From Nemertoderma westbladi (taxonomy: Eukaryota; Animalia; Xenacoelomorpha): a DNA stretch of 64,000 nucleotides. Under the pieces are notes generated by a model. The model had not been told where the DNA came from, searched no databases, and saw nothing but the letters and a program-made list of their open reading frames with translations. Location of the stretch: positions 21,400 to 85,399 of the forward strand of contig JAUCBJ010008015.1 of the NCBI GenBank assembly GCA_032718475.1, in the 5' to 3' direction. Below, one piece after another: positions 39,433-50,339 of the stretch. The translations under genes and the position numbers were made by a program. Each line of letters begins with the position of its first letter. Positions within the stretch are counted from its first letter, which is position 1.

Positions 39433-40174
39433 GCCGTTAATGCACAATTTATATTATATTTATCCGGACCACGAAATGAGAAAGATTTACCTGAAACGTT
39501 CAGCAAAGGTTTATTGTGAGTAACGGGAACTGCTATATAATACAATGGAGTAACATAATAAAACCAGATGTTTTGAACTGATTGCATATTATATAGTTTA
39601 TATTATATATACCGGCATTAAGTTGTATAAATAATTACGTCAAAATCAGTTTAACGAATAAATTATAATTAAAATATTAACAAAAAAAATACGATGTAAC
39701 ATTTTATAACTCAAACAATAACGGATCGATTTTCTACCTTTTTCAGACGAGAAACTGTCCCAAAAAAAACGTTCAATAAAAACGGAGTAAAAATAATTGA
39801 ATGATATAACGTTATCTGTATGAAATAAGTTGATTCCAGAAGAAATCGTAACTTCGCTATTTAACAGTTTGAAATTGTATTTTGTTCTACAAACTTTTTA
39901 TTTTGAAGCGATAAATGTTAATATTCAATCGGTATTTATTGGCTCAGGTGGGACGTTATTTGGGTCAGTTTATCAGTCTAAAATAAAAAAGGAAAAACGT
40001 CTCAAAAAAACCTCCAAATAAAAACTGGTGACTTTCGCTAAGCCGTTTTCAACAAAATTAATTAGTAATAAATCTTAAGATTAATGTTAAGCAACTCTAA
40101 ATTTACTAACAAAACACAAAAAGTAAACAATTAAGTATTAGTTGTTCCCATGAGTAGATCATATTTATTTCTAC

Positions 40175-40442
40175 CTGAACTATCAGCTAATTCGTCAATA
40201 TCTAACTGCTGTTTGACCCCAGTGGTTGCGATAACAGCTGGTTGGATCTCTATCAACGGCTTGATTGAGTTCGAATCACCGGCAGCGTTCATTGGGGGAG
40301 TCGGGGATCTCGTATTCAACTCGATCTTGTGATTGGACCAATTACTTTTACTGTATTTCTTCGTCATCGAATCGGGATTGGATGAAGACGACGGGAATGC
40401 CGAACTCTTCCGAGCCGTGGTAGACAACGTCGGGGGGTCGGC
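40175..40442 (-). CDS. Gene A exon, cytoplasmic tail
   Basis: gaatag|ADPPTLSTTARKSSAFPS...LDIDELADSS|gtagaa; phase 0-1, fits both neighbours. Read-through would stop at 40131. Confidence 0.7.
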
Positions 40443-40928
40443 CTATTCGAATCAATTAAACTTGAATTAAATTAAAAACATTTAAAAAATTGAAAGAAAT
40501 AAACTTTTATCTTAATCCCGGTTCACATATACATTCGCAGTGACAGCACGGTGGTTTTTCGTCACGTTTTGACTGCACTTTAACAGCGCCCTCCGCGTTT
40601 TCGGAGCGCTGTAACCAAAAACCCAAACCCTGTGATTGGTCAGCATTGCGCTCTCACAAAGCTGCCATGCGTTGTCACAGCAAAGTGTATCTGTTAGCCG
40701 AACTTTGGTCCTGGCCTACTCCTATGTGACAATCATACAGTAAGCAGGGAGGAGTTTACTAGCATGTAAATCAGCCCAGTAATTGATTCCAGCAGACTGA
40801 GGCGAGTCTTGCTGTGTCTCATTTCTGTTTATGATGCGAACAGGTATTCCTTGGCTTGATGAGCATAAAAGACTCTCCCATTCAAAATTATAACAACACC
40901 GTATCCTTTGTTCCATATTTCTAATCAG

Positions 40929-42787
40929 CTTACCGCACTACTTGTACCAGATCTGTTTCCTCTAATCCTTTCTATTACTTACCGCACTGCTTGTACCAGA
41001 TCTGTTGCCTCTAATCCTTTCTATTACTTACCGCACTGCTTGTACCAGATCTGTTGCCTCTAATCCTTTCTATTACTTACCGCACTGCTTGTACCAGATC
41101 TGTTGCCTCTAATCCTTTCTATTACTTACCGCACTGCTTGTACCAGATCTGTTGCCTCTAATCCTTTCTATTACTTACCGCACTGCTTGTACCAGATCTG
41201 TTGCCTCTAATCCTTTCTATTACTTACCGCACTGCTTGTACCAGATCTGTTGCCTCTAATCCTTTCTATTACTTACCGCACTGCTTGTACCAGATCTGTT
41301 GCCTCTAATCCTTTCTATTACTTACCGCACTGCTTGTACCAGATCTGTTGCCTCTAATCCTTTCTATTACTTACCACACTGCTTGTACCAGATCTGTTGC
41401 CTCTAATCCTTTCTATTACTTACCACACTGCTTGTACCAGATCTGTTGCCTCTAATCCTTTCTATTACTTACCACACTGCTTGTACCAGATCTGTTGCCT
41501 CTAATCCTTTCTATTACTTACCGCACTGCTTGTACCAGATCTGTTGCCTCTAATCCTTTCTATTACTTACCACACTGCTTGTACCAGATCTGTTGCCTCT
41601 AATCCTTTCTATTACTTACCACACTGCTTGTACCAGATCTGTTGCCTCTAATCCTTTCTATGACTTACCGCACTGCTTGTACCAGATCTGTCGCCTCTAA
41701 TCCTTTCTATTACTTACCGCACTGCTTGTACCAGATCTGTTGCCTCTAATCCTTTCTATTACTTACCGCACTGATTGTACCAGATCTGTTGCCTCTAATC
41801 CTTTCTATTACTTACCGCACTGCTTGTACCAGATCTGTTGCCTCTAATCCTCTCTATTACTTACCGCACTGCTTGTTCCAGATCTGTTGCCTCTAATCCT
41901 TTCTATTACTTACCGCACTGCTTGTACCAGATCTGTTGCCTCTAATCCTTTCTATTACTTACCGCACTGCTTGTACCAGATCTGTTGCCTCTAATCCTTT
42001 CTATTACTTACCGCACTGCTTGTAACAGATCTGTTGCCTCTAATCCTTTCTATTACTTACCGCACTGCTTGTACCAGATCTGTTGCCTCTAATCCTTTCT
42101 ATTACTTACCGCACTGCTTGTACCAGATCTGTTACCTCTAATCCTTTCTATTACTTACCGCACTGCTTGTACCAGATCTGTTGCCTCTAATCCTTTCTAT
42201 TACTTACCGCACTGCTTGTACCAGATCTGTTGCCTCTAATCCTTTCTATTACTTACTGCACTGTTTGTACCAGATCTGTTGCCTCTAATCCTTTCTATTA
42301 CTTACTGCACTGCTTGTTCCAGGATCTGTTGCCTCTAATCCTTTCTATTACTTACCGCACTGCTTTTACCAGATCTGTTGCATCTAATCCTTTCTATTAC
42401 TTACCGCAATGCTTGTACCAGATCTGTTTCCTCTAATCCTTTCTATTACTTACCGCACTGCTTGTACCAGATCTGTTGCCTCTAATCCTTTCTATTACTT
42501 ACCGCACTGCTTGTACCAGATCTGTTGCCTCTAATCCTTTCTATTACTTACCGCACTGCTTGTACCAGATCTGTTGCCTCTAATCCTTTCTATTACTTAC
42601 CGCACTGCTTATACCAGATCTGTTGCCTCTAATCCTTTCTATTACTTACCGCACTGCTTGTACCAGATCTGTTTCCTCTAATCCTTTCTATTACTTACCG
42701 CACTACTTGTACCAGATCTGTTGCCTCTAATCCTTTCTATTACTTACAGCACTACTTGTACCAGATCGAGGTCCTCTAATCCCTTTT
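40929..42787 (-). repeat. 49-bp tandem array (~37 copies) of the TM7 exon end plus donor
   Basis: Minus-strand unit AAAGGATTAGAGGCAACAGATCTGGTACAAGCAGTGCG|GTAAGTAATAG versus exon end GGGATTAGAGGACCTCGATCTGGTACAAGTAGTGCT|GTAAGTAATAG. Confidence 0.92.
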
Positions 42788-42864
42788 GCTAAGTATCCTT
42801 TCCTCCGCATCGCATCTCGCACAGGTTTCGCCATGAGACAATGAAAAATAAATATAAAAACTCC
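42748..42864 (-). CDS. Gene A exon, TM7 and helix 8 of an adhesion (family B2) GPCR
   Basis: tttcag|GVFIFIFHCLMAKPVRDAMRRKGYLAKGIRGPRSGTSSA|gtaagt; with the preceding Q it gives the QG.FIF.FHC signature; 117 nt, phase 0-0. Not in the ORF track. Confidence 0.92.
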
Positions 42865-42940
42865 CTGAAATACAAAAAGAGAACATAGTAAATTATTCTT
42901 TAAGAATAGTGAACTAATTGTAGTTCATTAAACAATATTC

Positions 42941-43735
42941 GAGTTAGTGGCATGATTTAGTTCGAGAATAGTCGAGTTAGTAACGTGAGTTAGATCGAGA
43001 ATAGTCGAGTTAGTGACGTGAGTTAGATCGAGAATAGTCGAGTTAGTGACGTGAGTTAGGTCGAGAATAGTCGAGTTAGTGGCGTGAGTTAGTTCGAGTA
43101 TATTCGAGTTAGTGACGTGAGTTAGTTAGATCGAGAATAGTCGAGTTAGTGACGTGAGTTAGTTAGATCGAGAATAGTCCAGTTAGTGACGTGAGTTAGT
43201 TAGATCGAGAATAGTCCAGTTAGTGACGTGAGTTAGTTCGAGAATAGTCGAGTTAGTGACGTGAGTTAGTTAGATCGAGAATAGTCGAGTTAGTGACGTG
43301 AGTTAGTTAGATCGAGAATAGTCGAGTTAGTGACGTGAGTTAGTTAGATCGAGAATAGTCGAGTTAGTGACGTGAGTTAGGTCGAGAATAGTCGAGTTAG
43401 TGGCGTGAGTTAGTTCGAGTATATTCGAGTTAGTGACGTGAGTTAGTTAGATCGAGAATAGTCGAGTTAGTGACGTGAGTTAGGTCGAGAATAGTCGAGT
43501 TAGTGGCGTGAGTTAGTTCGAGAATAGTCGAGTTAGTGACGTGAGTTAGATCGAGAATAGTCGAGTTAGTGACGTGAGTTAGGTCGAGAATAGTCGAGTT
43601 AGTGGCGTGAGTTAGTTCGAGTATATTCGAGTTAGTGACGTGAGTTAGTTCGAGAATAGTCGAGTTGGTGACGTGAGTTAGTTCGAGAATAGACGAGTTA
43701 GTAACGTGAGTTAGATCGAGAATAGTCGAGTTAGT
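42941..43735. repeat. 30/34-bp intronic minisatellite (GAGTTAGTGACGTGAGTTAG[TTAG]ATCGAGAATAGTC)
   Basis: About 25 units, ending ~75 bp upstream of the TM7 acceptor; rich in CTAAC on the transcribed strand. Confidence 0.9.
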
Positions 43736-44358
43736 CTGTCCGACAATAACTACGAGTCTGATAAATTCCCGAAAACTGGTCCCTAAAGATCTACAAAATT
43801 TGTTTTCTGTATTTATGTACATTTATTGTAAATGTTTATGTAGCGATATTCGTTGCCACATTATGTGTTGCATAATAATAATAGCCGCATTATGGTAATC
43901 CGCGCCACAGAATAACAACATCATTACCGGTAAAGCAACTATTTAGTGGTTTTTTTTCATGATTTAAAAATACCATTGACAGACAATTTAATAAAACAAA
44001 ATGTTTGAGAATTAAATCAATATGTAATCGCATCATTGGAGTAGTTGAATTCAACCAGAGTGAATGAGCAGTTAATAACCCACCGTTAATCCGTAACATA
44101 CTCAACATGTACGAAATTGTCGCGTTTCATAAGTAGTTACTAGTGATTTTACTCTAATATGAATGAATGGTTAATGAAGGTAATATGAATGGTTAGAGCA
44201 ACCCGGAGGTCACCAGTTCGATCCCACCTGGACGTCATTGCTTAATTTACTAAACTAAACCGAGCGAAAATTATAATAATTAGAGACATTCGGATTAGAG
44301 GTCGGCTAACCCGAACTGATGGTGCAATAAGATACCCCGAATATATAATTTCACTAAC

Positions 44359-44485
44359 CTGAGTCGAGATTAATATATTGAATAAATATTGTAACACGAC
44401 TGCCTCTTCAGTTACAGCAAAAACACCGATCACCCAAGAGACTCCGAAAACTGGAACAATAACGCATAAACTCCAAACGCCTCCC
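44359..44485 (-). CDS. Gene A exon, TM6 to start of TM7
   Basis: ttgtag|G GGVWSLCVIVPVFGVSWVIGVFAVTEEAVVLQYLFNILISTQ|gttagt; phase 2-0; P..G..W..G motif. Confidence 0.92.
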
Positions 44486-44649
44486 CTACAACACAAAAAC
44501 AGAAAAGTTAATATCGAAAAACGCACCTAAACCTTGTGTAGACACAAAATATGAAAAAATATAATATTATTAACTTAATGAAATAAAATAAAATTAATAA
44601 AATAATATTATAATATAATTCCAATATAAATCCAACTCTATAGCAAATG

Positions 44650-44720
44650 GAGCGGAAAAAATGAATTCGCCACCAGCGGGGATCGAACCCGCGTCTCCCG
44701 ATAAACGTTCAGGTATGCTA
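44650..44720 (-). pseudogene. tRNA-like sequence (SINE head or tRNA pseudogene)
   Basis: Minus strand CTCCGTGGTGTAGTAGGTGTTAGCATACCTGAACGTTTATCGGGAGACGCGGGTTCGATCCCCGC followed by a T-run; A/B boxes are present but the acceptor stem pairs poorly. Confidence 0.5.
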
Positions 44721-45220
44721 ACACCTACTACACCACGGAGTTGGATCATCCTTAGTCCTGTTTAATTACTTAATGATTTATACAATCTATGGATGTTAAA
44801 CACAAATGCAATAATATTAATATTAATATTATAAACATCTCTATTTATAATTAAATTGTGTAGGTGTTTGTAGGTGTGGTAAAAATCACAAAAAGAATAT
44901 TTTTCCAGCAGCAATAGCGTTGAATGTTATTGGGTTTATTGTACTGTATTACTAACGAGATGGTGAATATTGAAAAAATGATTTCCAAGACAATAAATAC
45001 AACGCGATGCTAGTGAGAGACAATATTTACAAATCCTCAGAATATCAACCCATGATGAGTTACGGGGGTTTATTACGATGTGGTTTAGCAATTAAATAGC
45101 CTCGCAGTCTAAATCATGCAGCTTCCCAACGACGATAGCTCAGCTATTTCTACACGAAATTGTTATGTTTATATTGTCTTGTTTTTACATATTTGGCGAT
45201 ATGTACCTGAATTAAAACAT

Positions 45221-48200
45221 TCCAGGAGATAATTCAATGTAACTCACTTGATCTGTTCTATCCAGGAGATAATTCAATGTAACTCACTTGATCTGTTCTA
45301 TCCAGGAGATAATTCAATGTAACTCACTTGATCTGTTCTATCCAGGAGATAATTCAATGTAACTCACTTGATCTGTTCTATCCAGGAGATAATTCAATAT
45401 AACTCACTTGATCTGTTCTATCCAGGAGATAATGAAATGTAACTCACTTGATCTGTTCTATCCAGGAGATAATTCAATGTAACTCACTTGATCTGTTCTA
45501 TCCAGGAGATAATTCAATGTAACTCACTTGATCTGTTCTATCCAGGAGATAATTCAATGTAACTCACTTGATCTGTTCTATCCAGGAGATAATTCAATGT
45601 AACTCACTTGATCTGTTCTATCCAGGAGATAATTCAATGTAACTCACTTGATCTGTTCTATCCAGGAGATAATTCAATGTAACTCACTTGATCTGTTCTA
45701 TCCAGGAGATAATTCAATGTAACTCACTTGATCTGTTCTATCCAGGAGATAATTCAATGTAACTCACTTGATCTGTTCTATCCAGGAGATAATTCAATAT
45801 AACTCACTTGATCTGTTCTATCCAGGAGATAATTCAATGTAACTCACTTGATCTGTTCTATCCAGGAGATAATTCAATGTAACTCACTTGATCTGTTCTA
45901 TCCAGGAGATAATTCAATGTAACTCACTTGATCTGTTCTATCCAGGAGATAATTCAATGTAACTCACTTGATCTGTTCTATCCAGGAGATAATTCAATGT
46001 AACTCACTTGATCTGTTCTATCCAGGAGATAATTCAATGTAACTCACTTGATCTGTTCTATCCAGGAGATAATTCAATGTAACTCACTTGATCTGTTCTA
46101 TCCAGGAGATAATTCAATGTAACTCACTTGATTTGTTCTATCCAGGAGATAATTCAATGTAACTCACTTGATTTGTTCTATCCAGGAGATAATTCAATGT
46201 AACTCACTTGATCTGTTCTATCCAGGAGATAATTCAATGTAACTCACTTGATCTGTTCTATCCAGGAGATAATTCAATGTAACTCACTTGATCTGTTCAA
46301 TGTAACTCACTTGATCTGTTCTATCCAGGAGATAATTCAATGTAACTCACTTGATCTGTTCTATCCAGGAGATAATTCAATGTAACTCACTTGATCTGTT
46401 CTATCCAGGAGATAATTCAATGTAACTCACTTGATCTGTTCTATCCAGGAGATAATTCAATGTAACTCACTTGATCTGTTCTATCCAGGAGATAATTCAA
46501 TGTAACTCACTTGATCTGTTCTATCCAGGAGATAATTCAATATAACTCACTTGATCTGTTCTATCCAGGAGATAATTCAATGTAACTCACTTGATCTGTT
46601 CTATCCAGGAGATAATTCAATGTAACTCACTTGATCTGTTCTATCCAGGAGATAATTCAATGTAACTCACTTGATCTGTTCTATCCAGGAGATAATTCAA
46701 TGTAACTCACTTGATCTGTTCTATCCAGGAGATAATTCAATGTAACTCACTTGATCTGTTCTATCCAGGAGATAATTCAATGTAACTCACTTGATCTGTT
46801 CTATCCAGGAGATAATTCAATGTAACTCACTTGATCTGTTCTATCCAGGAGATAATTCAATGTAACTCACTTGATTTGTTCTATCCAGGAGATAATTCAA
46901 TGTAACTCACTTGATCTGTTCTATCCAGGAGATAATTCAATGTAACTCACTTGATCTGTTCTATCCAGGAGATAATTCAATGTAACTCACTTGATCTGTT
47001 CAATGTAACTCACTTGATCTGTTCAATGTAACTCACTTGATCTGTTCTATCCAGGAGATAATTCAATGTAACTCACTTGATCTGTTCTATCCAGGAGATA
47101 ATTCAATGTAACTCACTTGATCTGTTCTATCCAGGAGATAATTCAATGTAACTCACTTGATTTGTTCTATCCAGGAGATAATTCAATGTAACTCACTTGA
47201 TCCGTTCTATCCAGGAGATAATTCAATGTAACTCACTTGATCTGTTCAATGTAACTCACTTGATCTGTTCTATCCAGGAGATAATTCAATGTAACTCACT
47301 TGATCTGTTCTATCCAGGAGATAATTCAATGTAACTCACTTGATTTGTTCTATCCAGGAGATAATTCAATGTAACTCACTTGATCTGTTCTATCCAGGAG
47401 ATAATTCAATGTAACTCACTTGATCTGTTCAATGTAACTCACTTGATCTGTTCAATGTAACTCACTTGATCTGTTCAATGTAACTCACTTGATCTGTTCA
47501 ATGTAACTCACTTGATCTGTTCAATGTAACTCACTTGATCTGTTCAATGTAACTCATTTGATCTGTTCTATCCAGGAGATAATTCAATGTAACTCACTTG
47601 ATCTGTTCTATCCAGGAGATAATTCAATGTAACTCACTTGATCTGTTCTATCCAGGAGATAATTCAATGTAACTCACTTGATCTGTTCTATCCAGGAGAT
47701 AATTCAATGTAACTCACTTGATCTGTTCTATCCAGGAGATAATTCAATGTAACTCACTTGATCTGTTCTATCGATAATTCAATGTAACTCACTTGATCTG
47801 TTCAATGTAACTCACTTGATCTGTTCTATCCAGGAGATAATTCAATGTAACTCACTTGATCTGTTCAATGTAACTCACTTGATCTGTTCAATGTAACTCA
47901 CTTGATCTGTTCTATCCAGGAGATAATTCAATGTAACTCACTTGATCTGTTCTATCCAGGAGATAATTCAATGTAACTCACTTGATCTGTTCTATCCAGG
48001 AGATAATTCAATGTAACTCACTTGATCTGTTCTATCCAGGAGATAATTCAATGTAACTCACTTGATCTGTTCTATCCAGGAGATAATTCAATGTAACTCA
48101 CTTGATCTGTTCTATCCAGGAGATAATTCAATGTAACTCACTTGATCTGTTCTATCCAGGAGATAATTCAATGTAACTCACTTGATCTGTTCTATCGATA

Positions 48201-49005
48201 ATTCAATGTAACTCACTTGATCTGTTCAATGTAACTCACTTGATCTGTTCTATCCAGGAGATAATTCAATGTAACTCACTTGATCTGTTCTATCCAGGAG
48301 ATAATTCAATGTAACTCACTTGATCTGTTCAATGTAACTCACTTGATCTGTTCAATGTAACTCACTTGATCTGTTCTATCCAGGAGATAATTCAATGTAA
48401 CTCACTTAATCTGTTCTATCCAGGAGATAATTCAATGTAACTCACTTGATCTGTTCTATCCAGGAGATAATTCAATGTAACTCACTTGATCTGTTCTATC
48501 CAGGAGATAATTCAATGTAACTCACTTGATCTGTTCTATCCAGGAGATAATTCAATGTAACTCACTTGATCTGTTCTATCCAGGAAATAATTCAATGTAA
48601 CTCACTTGATCTGTTCTATCCAGGAGATAATTCAATGTAACTCACTTGATCTGTTCAATGTAACTCACTTGATCTGTTCAATGTAACTCACTTGATCTGT
48701 TCAATGTAACTCACTTGATCTGTTCAATGTAACTCACTTGATCTGTTCTATCCAGGAGATAATTCAATGTAACTCACTTGATCTGTTCTATCCAGGAGAT
48801 AATTCAATGTAACTCACTTGATCTGTTCTATCCAGGAGATAATTCAATGTAACTCACTTGATCTGTTCTATCCAGGAGATAATTCAATGTAACTCACTTG
48901 ATCTGTTCAATGTAACTCACTTGATCTGTTCAATGTAACTCACTTGATCTGTTCAATGTAACTCACTTGATCTGTTCAATGTAACTCACTTGATCTGTTC
49001 TATCT
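45221..49005 (-). repeat. 40-bp tandem array with 23-bp variants (~100 copies) of the TM5 exon end plus donor
   Basis: Minus-strand unit GATAGAACAGATCAA|GTGAGTTACATTGAATTATCTCCTG; the outermost copy is the real exon end ..SEIEQIK|gtgagt. Confidence 0.95.
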
Positions 49006-49142
49006 CCGATTTTTTATTAAAAGCCGAGCTTTTAAACATAGTTCTGAGTACAATAACAATAACCACCATGTTAGCCACGGCTATAGCTAATGCGGGGCCT
49101 ATGAAGGCATACAAAACACCAACGGAAGGATCTAACCAGCAT
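48990..49142 (-). CDS. Gene A exon, ECL2 Cys-Trp and TM5
   Basis: ttccag|A CWLDPSVGVLYAFIGPALAIAVANMVVIVIVLRTMFKSSAFNKKSEIEQI AA|gtgagt; CWL and F.GP..N motifs; phase 2-2. Not in the ORF track. Confidence 0.92.
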
Positions 49143-49159
49143 CTGGAAAGGAATCATAA

Positions 49160-49905
49160 AGTATAAAATAAAGTAAATAAAACCTACTGTTGGGGTAAAT
49201 AAAGTAGAAAATAAACTAAACAAAACCATCTGTTGAGGTATATAAAGTAGAAAATAAACTAAACTAAACCTAATGTTGAGGTATATAAAGTAGAAAATAA
49301 ACTAAACTAAACCTAATGTTGAGGTATATAAAGTATAAAATAAACTAAACCTAATGTTGAGGTATATAAAGTAGAAAATAAACTAAACTGAACCTACTGT
49401 TGAGGTATATAAAGTAGAAAATAAACTAAACTAAACCTAATGTTGAGGTATATAAAGTATAAAATAAACTAAACCTAATGTTGAGGTATATAAAGTAGAA
49501 AATAAACTAAACTGAACCTACTGTTGAGGTATATAAAGTAGAAAATAAACTAAACTAAACCTAATGTTGAGGTATATAAAGTAGAAAATAAACTAAACTA
49601 AACCTAATGTTGAGGTATATAAATAAAGTAGAAAATAAACAAAACTAAACCTACTGTTGAGGTATATAAAGTAGAAAATAAACTAAACTAAACCATCTGT
49701 TGAGGTATATAAAGTAGAAAATAAACTAAACTAAACCTACTGTTGAGGTATATAAAGTAGAAAATAAACTAAACTAAACCTACTGTTGAGGTATATAAAG
49801 TAGAAAATAAACTAAACTAAACCTAATGTTGAGGTATATAAAGTAGAAAATAAACTAAACTAAACCTACTGTTGAGGTATATAAAGTAGAAATGAAACTA
49901 AACCT
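49160..49905 (-). repeat. 43/38-bp tandem array (~17 copies) abutting the TM5 acceptor
   Basis: Minus-strand unit AGTTTAGTTTATTTTCTACTTTATATACCTCAACA(G/T)..GGTTT. Confidence 0.88.
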
Positions 49906-50097
49906 AAGGGACGTGATCTTATTACCGAGGTGCAGAAATTATGTATTATTATTATAATTATTATTATTATTTTCGAAGTAATTAGGTAATTTATTGAATT
50001 ACGCGTCTTTATAAATAACAATAACATAGTCGGCATATCAATTTTACTTAAACAAATATTAAAATAATACTTTATTATCCCTAAGATAAATACTTAC

Positions 50098-50339
50098 ATA
50101 ACATCTCCCCCTGGCCGTTCGTACGAGTATCCATTGAGTTGGCTGGCACCAGCCGAAATACCAACTACCAATAACGGCGCACCCCAACCGATACCTAAAT
50201 AAATCCATTTCCAGGAAACCTCCCGTTCAAATATAACGACTACGTTGAGATAATAGAGAATTCCTTCATTCAACATCCAAGTGAATACGGAGAGGAAGAA
50301 ATAATGTAGAAGGACTGCTACAGCAGTGCAACCAGAATC
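50098..50339 (-). CDS. Gene A exon, TM3-TM4 of an adhesion GPCR
   Basis: ttacag|DSGCTAVAVLLHYFFLSVFTWMLNEGILYY...YLGIGWGAPLLVVGISAG...GGDV AT|gtaagt; C..A.LLHYF.L..F.WM..EG and GWG.P signatures; phase 0-2. Confidence 0.95.

Noticed and set aside
43430-43822. 130-aa ORF with THVTNSTILDL repeats
   Set aside because: Translation of the intronic 30-bp minisatellite; the TM6 and TM7 exons join directly to give the QG motif.
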